Of a DNA stretch of 32,000 bases, positions 13,867 through 23,082 are shown piece by piece (position 1 is the stretch's first letter; every line of letters starts with the position of its first letter). The stretch is from Halomicronema hongdechloris C2206. GTDB lineage: Bacteria; Cyanobacteriota; Cyanobacteriia; Phormidesmidales; Phormidesmidaceae. The stretch spans positions 5,280,001 to 5,312,000 of the forward strand of contig NZ_CP021983.2 in assembly GCF_002075285.3 (NCBI RefSeq), read 5' to 3'. A model generated the notes under the pieces. It searched no databases, was not told the DNA's origin, and saw only the letters and a list, made by a program, of their open reading frames with translations. The position numbers and the translations under genes were made by a program.

Positions 13867-16800
13867 GGCAAAGGGCCTCGCTGCTGTAGGATGCGAGCCA
13901 AGGCGGCTGGGGTCTCTAGGGGCAGATGATGCCCGCCATCCAGCTGCAGTTGTTCTGCCTCGGCTAGGGCCTCTTGTTGTAGGGCCAGGTCCTCGGGCCG
14001 GTTGAACCGACTGTGACTACCGAAGACCAGGGTAGTGGGCACCTGAATCTGGCCCAGCAACTGCTGATAGTGGCGGCGACTGAAGACGGCACTGCCCAAA
14101 CCAGCATTGGTGCGCAGTTGCAAGCGCGGATCCCAGCGCCAGCGAATGCCACTTTCCCAGGGTTCCGTGACGCGACCGGCCAGGGCCTCGGCCAGAGACG
14201 GATCGAGCTGGGGGATCACCTGTTGCAAACGATGGGTAGCTGCAGTCAAATCTGGCCAGACTGGATGGCTAGGGGTGCTGCTGAGGTAATCGAGCTGCGT
14301 CGCCAGCCGTTGCGGCTGGGTGTCGGTGTCATCGCGATCGGGCACGATGGGCTCTACCAGTATCAGTCGATCGGCCAGCTGGGGCCGGGCACTGGCCAGG
14401 GTGGCGGCGATTACCGCCCCCACTGAGTGACCCACCAGGAGACAAGGTTGTCTGTCTAGGGCCTGCAGTAGGGCATCGATGTCAGCCACAAAGTCCAGTA
14501 GCTGATAGCTGCCGCCTGCTCCGATATGGTCAGAGCGCCCGTGCCCTCGCAGATCCGGGGCGATGACTCGATAGCCCTGGGCTGCCAGAGACGATGCGAT
14601 CGCATCCCAGATTGCCCCCTGCTCCAAAATGCCATGGAGACAAAGGACCACGGGTGCCGAGGCTGGCCCCCAAGTACAGAGACAGAGAGAGAGCCCCCGC
14701 AGCGTGAGCTGCTGCTCCGTCATGGTAGCCAGGGGTGATGCGGTCGGGCTGGACGGTGATGGAGTAGTCGTCAGGGGATAGTGCAAGTCATGGGCCAGAG
14801 CCTCAGCCTTGTCCCCCAAGGGATGGGGCAACTGTACCTGCTGCCAAGCATGGGCCAGAGTCGGATCGATCTGGCGGCGGCGGTGAAAACTGGGGTCGTC
14901 AATGCTGCGCGACTGGGCCTGCACCCCATCAGTCATGCGGTTGCCCTCATAGGGGGCCAGTACAGCCGGATCAAAGGGCACCGCTAAAAAGTCACAGAGA
15001 TCCCGTAGGATCGGTTCTGGCTCCCTGACCAGGTCTTCGTATCGGAGCTGGTGGCCACGGTCAGGTCCCACCTGTTGCAGAAACTGGAGAATGTTGTGAT
15101 TGCTCTCCCACCAGGCCTGTTCGGCGATGCGGTACGGATCCCTATGGGCCAGCGTATCCAGAGTAAACAGCTTCTCCATGCGGTGGCGCACGAAGGAGTC
15201 GATCACCGCATAGGGATGGCGCACCAGATGGATGTAGCGGGCGTCTTCAAAGAGCTGCTCGGCCCGCTCCAGGGCCGCCAGGCTAAAGCCATAGGTGGGC
15301 GACTTATCCAGCAATAGTCGGGGAGCCGCCAGTTGTTGCAACTTGTCGTAGATGTCGGCCACGCCATAGCCCAAAGTCAACCATTCCTGTAACAGGGCCT
15401 CACTGGCCGCAGCATCCAGGTCCATCAGGTCCATCAAAGCCCGCTGCAACCCTTCCTCCAGGTAGCTTTGCCCCAGGGCTTGGCGGCGCTGGACCAGGGT
15501 CTGAAAGGGCAGCAGATGGAGTTCGGGCGGGCAGAATAGCTGGGAATGGCCGGCCAGCATCACCCGCAGCAGGGTGGAGCCAGAGCGGGGACTGGAGAGC
15601 AAAAAGACGGCCCGACCATTGCGCCGTGGTGGCGGTGTCGCCTCGACGAGGGTGGGCCAGAGATGGGCGCCTAGGGAGGGAACTGGCTCCGAGTCAGGGG
15701 CAGCCGTTGGGTTGGGTTGGGAGCGGGCCAATTCTCGGGCCAAGTAGGCACTGAGGGCATCCAGGGTGGGGTGCTTCATTAGACCTCCCGGCCGATAGAG
15801 CATCAACTGTAGGTCCCGCTGGCAGGTGTTGAGCAGGTCCATGGTCATGAGGGAATCTAGGCCCAGCTCCATCAAAGTTTGCGAATCGCACGCCAGCGTC
15901 CCTTCATGGCCCATGACCCGAGCTAATTGCCTCTGCAAATAGTGCTGTAGGGCCCGGCTGCGTTCAGCCTGATCCAGCCGCAACAATTCCTGCCGCAATC
16001 GGTAATCGCCTGATCCGATGGCACCGCAGACTCTGGTGTCTATCAGGGAGCTCAGATAGGGAGACCCCGGCAGATAGCCCTTGAGGACGGCCCAATCAAT
16101 GGCTGCAACCCCCACCTGAGCCGGTAGGGCATCCGCCCAGCCTAAGAGATGCCCCAGGCAGGGCAACGCCTGGGCCGGGGCCAAGGGTTCAATCCCTTGG
16201 GACTGCAGGCGCTCTTGCACTCCGGCAGTAGCCATACCAGCACCAGCCCAGGGTCCCCAACTCAGGCTCAGGCCCGGTAGCCCTCGCTGGCGACGGTATG
16301 CCATGATTGCCGCCAGCCCAGTATTGGCAGCGCCATAGCTACCCTGGCCCGGAGGCCCCAGCAGGGCCGCCAGGGACGAAAACCCCACAAAGAAGTCCAG
16401 GGGAATATCTTTAGTGGCTTGGTGTATCTGCCAAGCCCCCTTTAGTTTCGGCGCCAGCACAGCCTGAAACCGCGACCAGGATTGGTGTCGTAGTAAACCA
16501 TCATCCAGGCGACCGGCCAGATGCAACACCCCCTTCAAGGGCGGCAACTCCGTCTGAATTCGGTCGACCAAGGTGGTTACCGCCGCCGCATCGGTAATAT
16601 CAACGGCCTCTAGCCTGACCTGTATGCCCATCTGGGTCAGGGTATCTAGGGCCGGGTCAGGGCGGGGATGGCGACTGACTAGCACCAGCTGTCGGGCGCC
16701 CTGTTGAGCCAGCCATTGAGCCACCTGTACCCCCAAAGCACCAGTGCCGCCTGTAATCAGATAGGTAGCCTGGGCCTGAATCGGAATGGCCATCGGTGCG

Positions 16801-19800
16801 GCTGGCCGCTGCAGGGGCTGCAGCCGAGCGGCGTAGAGCTGGCCCTGGCGCCAGGCCAATTGCTCAGTAAACGCCCACTGAAGACACGCTCCTAGGGCAG
16901 CGGCAGCGGTCTCAGGAACCGTGGCGTCCAGATCGATCAGGCCTCCCCATAGTTCGGGATGTTCCAGGGCAATGGTGCGTCCCAAACCCCATAGGCAGGC
17001 GGCGGCTGGATTTACCTCAGCGTCTGTGTCTGTCACCGCCATGGCCTGGCGGGTGAACAGCCAGAGCCGGGATGCCTGGGCATATCCCGAGACTCGATGC
17101 TCCCGAGCCGTCACCAGGGCCTGGAGTAAGTGCAAGACGGCCTGGCAGTCAGGGCTGTCATCGGCCTCAGCCGCGAGGGCCCAGAGATAGACGATACCCT
17201 GTGGCTCCGCCTCTAGATGCTGCAGTAGCGCCTGGAAATCCTGGGGCTGCTGGGGATTGAGGCAGTAAGTGTCTTGGCCCAAGTAGGCGAAGGTGTCCCC
17301 TGGCCAGGCTTGCAGCACCTGATGTCCAGCTGCGCTCAGGTGTTGGGCTAACGACTGGCCTAACCCTTGAGGCTCTACCAGCAACAGCCAACGCTGCGGA
17401 GACGAGGGCATCGCTGCTGCCGGCTCGGTGAAGGGCTGCCAAACTTGCTGATACAGCCAATTGGGAAGGGGTTGCGGCGGCTGAGTCCAGGGGCTTGGTT
17501 TGGAAGCAGGTTTGACCAGCGTAGGCTCGAACCAGTAGCGCTGACGTTGGAATGGGTAGGTGGGCAATCCGGCTCGACGACGGCGGGGGTAGGGATGATC
17601 GAATCCCTGCCAATCGACCGGGTTGCCGCCGACATAGAGCTGGGCCAGGCTATGGAGGATATCCCAGTCGTCATGGCCGCGACGCAGGGAGGGCAACCAG
17701 GTGGCTGCCTGGGTAGGCAAACACCGTTGCCCCATGCCCAGCAAGACCGGCTGCGGGCCAATCTCTAAAAACCACTGATGACCGGCCTGATGCAGGTTGG
17801 CCATGGCTTCGGCAAAGCGCACGGGGTGACGGGTATGGCGACGCCAGTAGCCAGCATCAGGGACTTCCCCAAGGGCCAGTAAGCACCCAGTTACATTAGA
17901 CACCAGGGGAATCTGCGGCGGTTGATAGGCGATCTGGCTGGCCTCGTGCTGAAAGGCATCCAGGATCGGCTCCATCAGGGGCGAGTGGAAGGCATGGGAG
18001 ACCTGCAGGGGTTTGGCGTCAACGCCTTGGCTGGCTAGGACCTCCAGGACTCGTGCCACCGCCTGCTGGTGACCGGCGATGACAGTATTGCCAGGGCCAT
18101 TCAGGGCGGCTAGGGATATCCTCTGCTCAGCGCCCTGCTGATAGGCAGCAGCTCCCTCGGAAAGCTGCGCTAGTGCCGCCTCTACCGTGTCTGGATCGGC
18201 GAAGACTACCGCCATAGTGCCAGTTTGGGGCAGTGATTGCATCAGCTGAGCCCGACGGGCAATCAGTTTTAAGCCGGCCTCCAGGGAGTACACCCCGGCC
18301 ACACAGGCAGCCACATACTCGCCGACGCTATGGCCCATGACAGCGGCTGGCCGAATGCCCCAAGACTGCCAGAGTTGGGCCAGAGCATACTCAACGGCAA
18401 ACAGGGCCGGTTGTGTGTAGGCGGTTTGGTGCACCCGGTGGCAGCCATCCTCTCCATAGAGCACCGACAGCAAGGAGCGCTCCAGATAGGGGGCCAGAAT
18501 CTCGGCACACCGGTCCAGCACCTGCCGAAACACTGGTTGAGTATCGTACAGGCGACGCCCCATGCCCCAGTATTGGGCTCCCTGGCCCGTGAATAAAAAG
18601 ACGACAGTCGGTGTCTGTGACCCTAGCCCAACCGGTAGATTGTTTGTCCCGGCAGTCACCCAGGTTTGCAACTGAGTGGCCATCTCCTGGGGAGTCTCTC
18701 CCGTCACCGCTAAACGGTGAGGAGGCCAGCTGGCTCGGCCCGTATTCGCCGTGAAACAGATATCCGCCAGGGGGTACGAGGTGGTGGCCAGGAAGTCACG
18801 GTACTGCTGGGCCATGACCCGCAACCCCGCTTCGGTTTTAGCCCGTAGGGCGAGCAGATGTCGGGGCCGATCGATGGTCGCAGCCGCAGCAGATAACTCT
18901 GGCAGAGCCTGTAATACGGCGTGGGCATTGGTGCCGCCGAAGGCAAAGGCACTCACCCCCGCTGTCGCCCGTTCCCCTTGGCTGGGCCAAGGTTCACACG
19001 CTTGTTGCACCTGCAGGGGCAACTGATCGAAGGGGATGTGGGGGTTGGGCTGCTGAAAGTGCAGGCTCGGCACTAGGGTGCGGTGGTGTAAGCAGAGGGC
19101 CGTCTTGATCAGACTGGCAATGCCAGCCGCAGCCTCTAGGTGGCCCAGGTTGCTTTTAACGGAGCCCAGCCGCACCGGTTGGGCTGGGGGTTGATTGTCA
19201 GTGAGGACATTGCCCAGGGCCTTGGCTTCGATCGGGTCCCCCAATAGGGTGCCAGTGCCATGGGCCTCAATATAGTGACTCTGGTGGGGGGCTAACCCGG
19301 CCTGGCGATAGGCCTGGCGAATCACTGCTTCCTGGGCTTCCCGGTTAGGGGCGGTGAGGCCGTTGCTGCGACCATCCTGATTGATGGCACTGCCCCGCAG
19401 CACGGCATAGATGGGATCCCCGTCGGCTAGGGCACGGCCCAAGGGTTTCAACACCACGGCACCAGCTCCTTCCGAGCGCACAAAGCCATTGGCATTGGCA
19501 TCGAAGGCTTTACAGCGCCCGTCAGGGGAGAGGGCTGTCAATTTACTGAAGCCGATGGTCAGTTCTGGGCGCAGAATTAGATTCACCCCCCCGGCGATGG
19601 CCAGGGAAGATTCTCCTTGCCGCAGACTCTGGCAGGCCAGATGCACGGCCACTAGCGAGGAGGAGCAGGCGGTATCGATGGCCAGACTCGGCCCCCGCAG
19701 ATTCAACAGATAGGACAGGCGATTGGCCACCATGGGGGGAGGCCAACCCGGTGGTGTGTAGGTGTCTACGGCCTCGGGATGGGCCAGTAGAAATTGCCCG

Positions 19801-20267
19801 TAGTCATTGGTGGAGATGCCGACAAAGACGCCGGTCTGGCTGCCGCTGAGTCGGGATGGCTCTAGGGCAGCATCTTCTAGGGCTTCCCAAACCACTTCCA
19901 GAAAGAGGCGCTGTTGTGGATCGATGTAACTGGCCTCCCGGGGGGCAATGCCGAAAAACAGCGGGTCGAACCGATCCACCTGGTCTAAGAACCCTCCCCG
20001 GTGGCTGTACATCTTGCCAGGGGCGCTGGGATCGGTGTCATAGAGCTGCTGCCAGCTCCAGCGATCGGGGGGGACCGATGCGATCGCATCGACTCCATCT
20101 CGCAGCAATTGCCAAAATCCCGGCAAGCTCCTGGCCCCTGGAAATCGACAGCCCATGCCCACGATAGCGATAGGCTCAGGGATGCCTTTTTTCTTCAGCA
20201 ACTGAAGTTCCAGCAGGACTCGCTTTTCTGGAGATAGATTTGCAATTCGCCTTGCCAGATCATCCAC
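13863..20267 (-). CDS. ols: Olefin synthase type I PKS module: KS-AT-KR-ACP-sulfotransferase-thioesterase (Ols/CurM-like)
   Basis: GTG at 20267 with GAGGG 7 nt upstream. KS: DTACSSS (Cys201, codon 19665-19667), HGTGT, GHLE. AT: GHSVG (Ser647, 18327-18329) plus the malonyl-type HAFH (17985-17996). KR Rossmann: TYLITGGTGALG (about 16740-16770). ACP: GLDSLM (Ser1472, 15852-15854). ST PAPS-binding loop: SSPRSGSTLL (15573-15590). TE alpha/beta-hydrolase: GHSVG (Ser1948, 14424-14426). Confidence 0.9.
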   Translation of the reverse strand: MDDLARRIANLSPEKRVLLELQLLKKKGIPEPIAIVGMGCRFPGARSLPGFWQLLRDGVDAIASVPPDRWSWQQLYDTDPSAPGKMYSHRGGFLDQVDRFDPLFFGIAPREASYIDPQQRLFLEVVWEALEDAALEPSRLSGSQTGVFVGISTNDYGQFLLAHPEAVDTYTPPGWPPPMVANRLSYLLNLRGPSLAIDTACSSSLVAVHLACQSLRQGESSLAIAGGVNLILRPELTIGFSKLTALSPDGRCKAFDANANGFVRSEGAGAVVLKPLGRALADGDPIYAVLRGSAINQDGRSNGLTAPNREAQEAVIRQAYRQAGLAPHQSHYIEAHGTGTLLGDPIEAKALGNVLTDNQPPAQPVRLGSVKSNLGHLEAAAGIASLIKTALCLHHRTLVPSLHFQQPNPHIPFDQLPLQVQQACEPWPSQGERATAGVSAFAFGGTNAHAVLQALPELSAAAATIDRPRHLLALRAKTEAGLRVMAQQYRDFLATTSYPLADICFTANTGRASWPPHRLAVTGETPQEMATQLQTWVTAGTNNLPVGLGSQTPTVVFLFTGQGAQYWGMGRRLYDTQPVFRQVLDRCAEILAPYLERSLLSVLYGEDGCHRVHQTAYTQPALFAVEYALAQLWQSWGIRPAAVMGHSVGEYVAACVAGVYSLEAGLKLIARRAQLMQSLPQTGTMAVVFADPDTVEAALAQLSEGAAAYQQGAEQRISLAALNGPGNTVIAGHQQAVARVLEVLASQGVDAKPLQVSHAFHSPLMEPILDAFQHEASQIAYQPPQIPLVSNVTGCLLALGEVPDAGYWRRHTRHPVRFAEAMANLHQAGHQWFLEIGPQPVLLGMGQRCLPTQAATWLPSLRRGHDDWDILHSLAQLYVGGNPVDWQGFDHPYPRRRRAGLPTYPFQRQRYWFEPTLVKPASKPSPWTQPPQPLPNWLYQQVWQPFTEPAAAMPSSPQRWLLLVEPQGLGQSLAQHLSAAGHQVLQAWPGDTFAYLGQDTYCLNPQQPQDFQALLQHLEAEPQGIVYLWALAAEADDSPDCQAVLHLLQALVTAREHRVSGYAQASRLWLFTRQAMAVTDTDAEVNPAAACLWGLGRTIALEHPELWGGLIDLDATVPETAAAALGACLQWAFTEQLAWRQGQLYAARLQPLQRPAAPMAIPIQAQATYLITGGTGALGVQVAQWLAQQGARQLVLVSRHPRPDPALDTLTQMGIQVRLEAVDITDAAAVTTLVDRIQTELPPLKGVLHLAGRLDDGLLRHQSWSRFQAVLAPKLKGAWQIHQATKDIPLDFFVGFSSLAALLGPPGQGSYGAANTGLAAIMAYRRQRGLPGLSLSWGPWAGAGMATAGVQERLQSQGIEPLAPAQALPCLGHLLGWADALPAQVGVAAIDWAVLKGYLPGSPYLSSLIDTRVCGAIGSGDYRLRQELLRLDQAERSRALQHYLQRQLARVMGHEGTLACDSQTLMELGLDSLMTMDLLNTCQRDLQLMLYRPGGLMKHPTLDALSAYLARELARSQPNPTAAPDSEPVPSLGAHLWPTLVEATPPPRRNGRAVFLLSSPRSGSTLLRVMLAGHSQLFCPPELHLLPFQTLVQRRQALGQSYLEEGLQRALMDLMDLDAAASEALLQEWLTLGYGVADIYDKLQQLAAPRLLLDKSPTYGFSLAALERAEQLFEDARYIHLVRHPYAVIDSFVRHRMEKLFTLDTLAHRDPYRIAEQAWWESNHNILQFLQQVGPDRGHQLRYEDLVREPEPILRDLCDFLAVPFDPAVLAPYEGNRMTDGVQAQSRSIDDPSFHRRRQIDPTLAHAWQQVQLPHPLGDKAEALAHDLHYPLTTTPSPSSPTASPLATMTEQQLTLRGLSLCLCTWGPASAPVVLCLHGILEQGAIWDAIASSLAAQGYRVIAPDLRGHGRSDHIGAGGSYQLLDFVADIDALLQALDRQPCLLVGHSVGAVIAATLASARPQLADRLILVEPIVPDRDDTDTQPQRLATQLDYLSSTPSHPVWPDLTAATHRLQQVIPQLDPSLAEALAGRVTEPWESGIRWRWDPRLQLRTNAGLGSAVFSRRHYQQLLGQIQVPTTLVFGSHSRFNRPEDLALQQEALAEAEQLQLDGGHHLPLETPAALARILQQRGPLP
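14596..14603. repeat. HIP1 octamer GCGATCGC
   Basis: exact match read in sequence. Confidence 0.95.
20080..20087. repeat. HIP1 octamer GCGATCGC
   Basis: exact match read in sequence. Confidence 0.95.
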
Positions 20268-20284
20268 AGACTAACCCTCGAGCA

Positions 20285-22504
20285 CTATCGGCCTTGCTTA
20301 CCCAGCAATTCCTGGATTTCGCTATCAGACAGCATCTCTAATTCTCTAACGAGCTGATCCACTTCCGGGTCATCTGGGGTGAGGGTCGTTGCATGACTAG
20401 CATGGGCAGGGCTGTCGGCGGGGGCGGCTAAATAACCCGCCAAGGCAGCGATAGTAGGATATTCATACACCAACGTCGGGGATAGGGGACGACCCAGGGC
20501 CGTCTCCAAGGCTTCTACCAGTTCTATGGCCGTCATCGAATCTAGCCCGAACTCGGCAAACGGTTGCGTCGCATCAATAGCCGTCACTGGCAGTCTCAGG
20601 GCCTGGGCCAACCAGGCAACCATCCAATCCTGCATGGCCATGGCAGTGCGCTCCGTGGGTGGGGGTAGCGCTACGGTGGCGACACCATCATCAGGCCGCA
20701 TCCCTGCAGCGCCCTGCTGCAGCAGGGAACCAGCCAGAGTCTCATCTTCCCATGTATAGACACTCTGCAGGTGTTGATCTAAGAAACCAATGCGACAGAG
20801 ATAGCGCTGCACCTTGCCGCTGGAGGTCTTGGGCAGGCTCCCCGTTTTCAGCAGCACCAAGGCATAGAGCTGTAAATCATGGCCCTCGGCAACTCGACGG
20901 CGCACCGCCGCCACAATCGCCTCTGGCTCTAAGTGACGGAGATGACGGCGCTCCACCTCCTGGACCACCACCAGGCGCTCAGCCCCGGCGATGTTGACTG
21001 AAAAGGCGGTTCCTGCCCCTGGCCGCAGGGCCTCATGGGCTTTTTCCACCGTCGCCTCAATATCTTGGGGATAGTGATTTCGTCCCCGAATGATAATTAA
21101 ATCCTTCAAGCGACCGGTGATGTAGAGTTGCCCGTCCCTGAGAAATCCCAGGTCGCCTGTCCGCAGGCAGGGACCTTCCCCAGTGTCGCGGCGGTAGGCC
21201 CGGAAAGCATGGGCCGTTGCCTGGGGTTGCTGCCAATAGCCCTGGGCAATGCTGCGGGAGGAGCCTAGCCAGATTTCCCCGACCCGATCGGCGGGGCAGG
21301 CCCGGCCGGTGTCTGGGTCGACAATGACGATGGATTGATCGCGTACCGCCTGGCCACAGCCGACAAAGACCTGAGCCTCTGTCGAGCCGTCTGTGGAACT
21401 AGCGGCGGCGGTCAGCACCCGGTGATGGCGTAGGGCCTTACTATCAACGGTGCAATGCTGCGGCGGCTGTCCCGGACGATTTCCACTGACTAACAGGGTG
21501 GCCTCGGCCATGCCGTAGCACGGGTAAAAAGCCCGTCGATCGAAGCCCGCTGGCGCAAATGCGGCCGCGAAGTGCGCTAAGGTCTCATGGTGAATGGGCT
21601 CAGCCCCGCTAAAGGCCAAGCGCCAGGTGCTTAGATCCAACTCGGCTCGTTGCTGAGGAGTAGTTTTACGCACACACAGATCGTAGGCAAAATTGGGGCC
21701 ACCGCTGGTGGTGGCCTGGTAACGGCTAATGGCCTGCAGCCAGCGCAGGGGTTTCTGCAAGAAGGCCACGGGAGACATCAGGGTCATGGGTGCCCCCACA
21801 TAGAGGGGCTGCAGGATGCCTCCCACCAGTCCCATGTCGTGGTAGGGCGGCAGCCAAGAGACCCCAGCACTGTCGGGGGTGTCTTGAAAGGATTGATGGA
21901 TCAAAGATGAGTTGTGCAGCAAATTATCGTGGCTGATCATCACCCCCTTCGGAGCAGCCGTGGAGCCAGAGGTGTATTGCAACAGGGCCAAATTATCGCT
22001 GCCAATCTCAACCCCTGACCAATCATCGGCTAAGGCATCATCTACAGCGTCGGTATTCAGCCAATGCAGTCCCTTCAGATCAGCACAGTCGCCGAAGCGT
22101 TTTTCCAGGGTGGGCAGAATGGCGCCGTCAGTCAGGGCAATGGTGGCTTCGGCATCATGGATGATGGCTTGAATGCGCTCCAGAGAACGATTAGGCCGGG
22201 GTGGATAGGCCGGCACGGCGATGGTGCCGGCATAGAGGCATCCGAAGAAGGCGGCAATGTAGTCTAGCCCTGCCGGATACAGCAGTAAAGCCCGCTGACC
22301 AGTGCAGTTGAGAGCTTGCAACCGATGTGCGATCGCACGGGCCCGTCGATCCAACACCTCATAGGTGACACTTTGTACCTCAGTCTCACCATCCACAAGA
22401 AATCGATAGGCCAACCGCTGCGGCTGCCACTGAGCTCGCCAGCCCAACAAATCGACCATGGTAGACAGGGCCGAGGGAATATGTGCAGAACCCTTCTTCA
22501 TCAC
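20285..22504 (-). CDS. Fatty acyl-AMP ligase (FAAL) fused to ACP; loading module of the olefin synthase
   Basis: GTG at 22504 is immediately followed by ATG at 22501, which has AGGTGA 9 nt upstream and is the likely true start. Adenylation core: LLQYTSGSTAAPKGVMISH. N-terminus is FAAL-type: LGWRAQWQPQRLAYRFLVDGE. C-terminal ACP: FAEFGLDSMTAIEL (Ser656, codon 20537-20539). The helical tail EVDQLVRELEMLSDSEIQELLGK resembles a docking element. It ends 17 nt before the PKS start. Confidence 0.85.
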   Translation of the reverse strand: MMKKGSAHIPSALSTMVDLLGWRAQWQPQRLAYRFLVDGETEVQSVTYEVLDRRARAIAHRLQALNCTGQRALLLYPAGLDYIAAFFGCLYAGTIAVPAYPPRPNRSLERIQAIIHDAEATIALTDGAILPTLEKRFGDCADLKGLHWLNTDAVDDALADDWSGVEIGSDNLALLQYTSGSTAAPKGVMISHDNLLHNSSLIHQSFQDTPDSAGVSWLPPYHDMGLVGGILQPLYVGAPMTLMSPVAFLQKPLRWLQAISRYQATTSGGPNFAYDLCVRKTTPQQRAELDLSTWRLAFSGAEPIHHETLAHFAAAFAPAGFDRRAFYPCYGMAEATLLVSGNRPGQPPQHCTVDSKALRHHRVLTAAASSTDGSTEAQVFVGCGQAVRDQSIVIVDPDTGRACPADRVGEIWLGSSRSIAQGYWQQPQATAHAFRAYRRDTGEGPCLRTGDLGFLRDGQLYITGRLKDLIIIRGRNHYPQDIEATVEKAHEALRPGAGTAFSVNIAGAERLVVVQEVERRHLRHLEPEAIVAAVRRRVAEGHDLQLYALVLLKTGSLPKTSSGKVQRYLCRIGFLDQHLQSVYTWEDETLAGSLLQQGAAGMRPDDGVATVALPPPTERTAMAMQDWMVAWLAQALRLPVTAIDATQPFAEFGLDSMTAIELVEALETALGRPLSPTLVYEYPTIAALAGYLAAPADSPAHASHATTLTPDDPEVDQLVRELEMLSDSEIQELLGKQGR
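22329..22336. repeat. HIP1 octamer GCGATCGC
   Basis: exact match read in sequence. Confidence 0.95.
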
Positions 22505-23082
22505 CTCATCTCACCTATACGGTGTGCTCTCAACTCATACATCTCGCTACAGCCGTAGATGGCTAGCGACGATACCTGCCATTGGCCTAGCGCTGCCTTT
22601 GCGGCCATCCCAGATGGCTCTCTAGACCCTAGCGCCGCCCCACCATCAACACTCCTGCCACCCTGGGCAGCGGTCGTTCTACTCCGACAGTCCTCTGCCA
22701 GACACTGAGGAGGCACCGACACCAAACCGCGACTACCGCAGAGGCTTTTGCTAGATATTACCGTTCGATGGGGAGGCTCTAGGAAACAGCTAGGTACCAT
22801 CACCCCTTCAGGACGTATAACACCTGTCACCCGATTTGCCTCACACTAGACTCGCGGTTAATCATTAATAATTCTTAACCATACTACAGAGGGGTTTCGA
22901 CCATCGCCATAACGCCTTTGACTACTCTACCCAATTCGCTCAAGATAACCGGCCCGGCAGACCTCAACTCCCAGCATCTACTACGGCTAGATCGAATTCA
23001 GCCCCCTCCGCTGGTTGCAGCAAGCGTCCCTTTGATCAGACACTGACTTGATAGCCTGATTGCTGACAGGTACTGAGACACA
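22505..23082. promoter_or_regulatory. 578-bp divergent intergenic region between the ols operon and accA (promoters not mapped)
   Basis: No credible ORF. An AT-rich island at 22857-22890 sits in otherwise GC-rich DNA. Repeated short motifs: AGATGGCT at 22557-22564 and 22612-22619; CCTAGCGC at 22586-22593 and 22628-22635. Confidence 0.4.
22858..22868. promoter_or_regulatory. Perfect palindrome TTAATcATTAA in the AT-rich island (candidate operator)
   Basis: Read directly: ttaatcattaa, flanked by g...taattcttaac (GTTAA-N13-TTAAC). No binding protein can be assigned from sequence. Confidence 0.2.

Noticed and set aside
13964-20237. About 20 short ORFs overlapping the PKS gene on both strands
   Set aside because: All are nested in a 2134-aa ORF with complete KS/AT/KR/ACP/ST/TE signatures. 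Their composition is typical of off-frame GC-rich sequence.
20285-22504. Adenylation enzyme as an NRPS module
   Set aside because: It has a FAAL-type N-terminus and is followed only by an ACP. There is no condensation domain, and it feeds a KS-AT PKS directly.
22501-22830. 109-aa minus-strand ORF directly upstream of and overlapping the FAAL start
   Set aside because: The sequence is not protein-like (Gly/Ser/Arg/Ala-rich with no motifs). It lies in the region treated as the ols leader and promoter.
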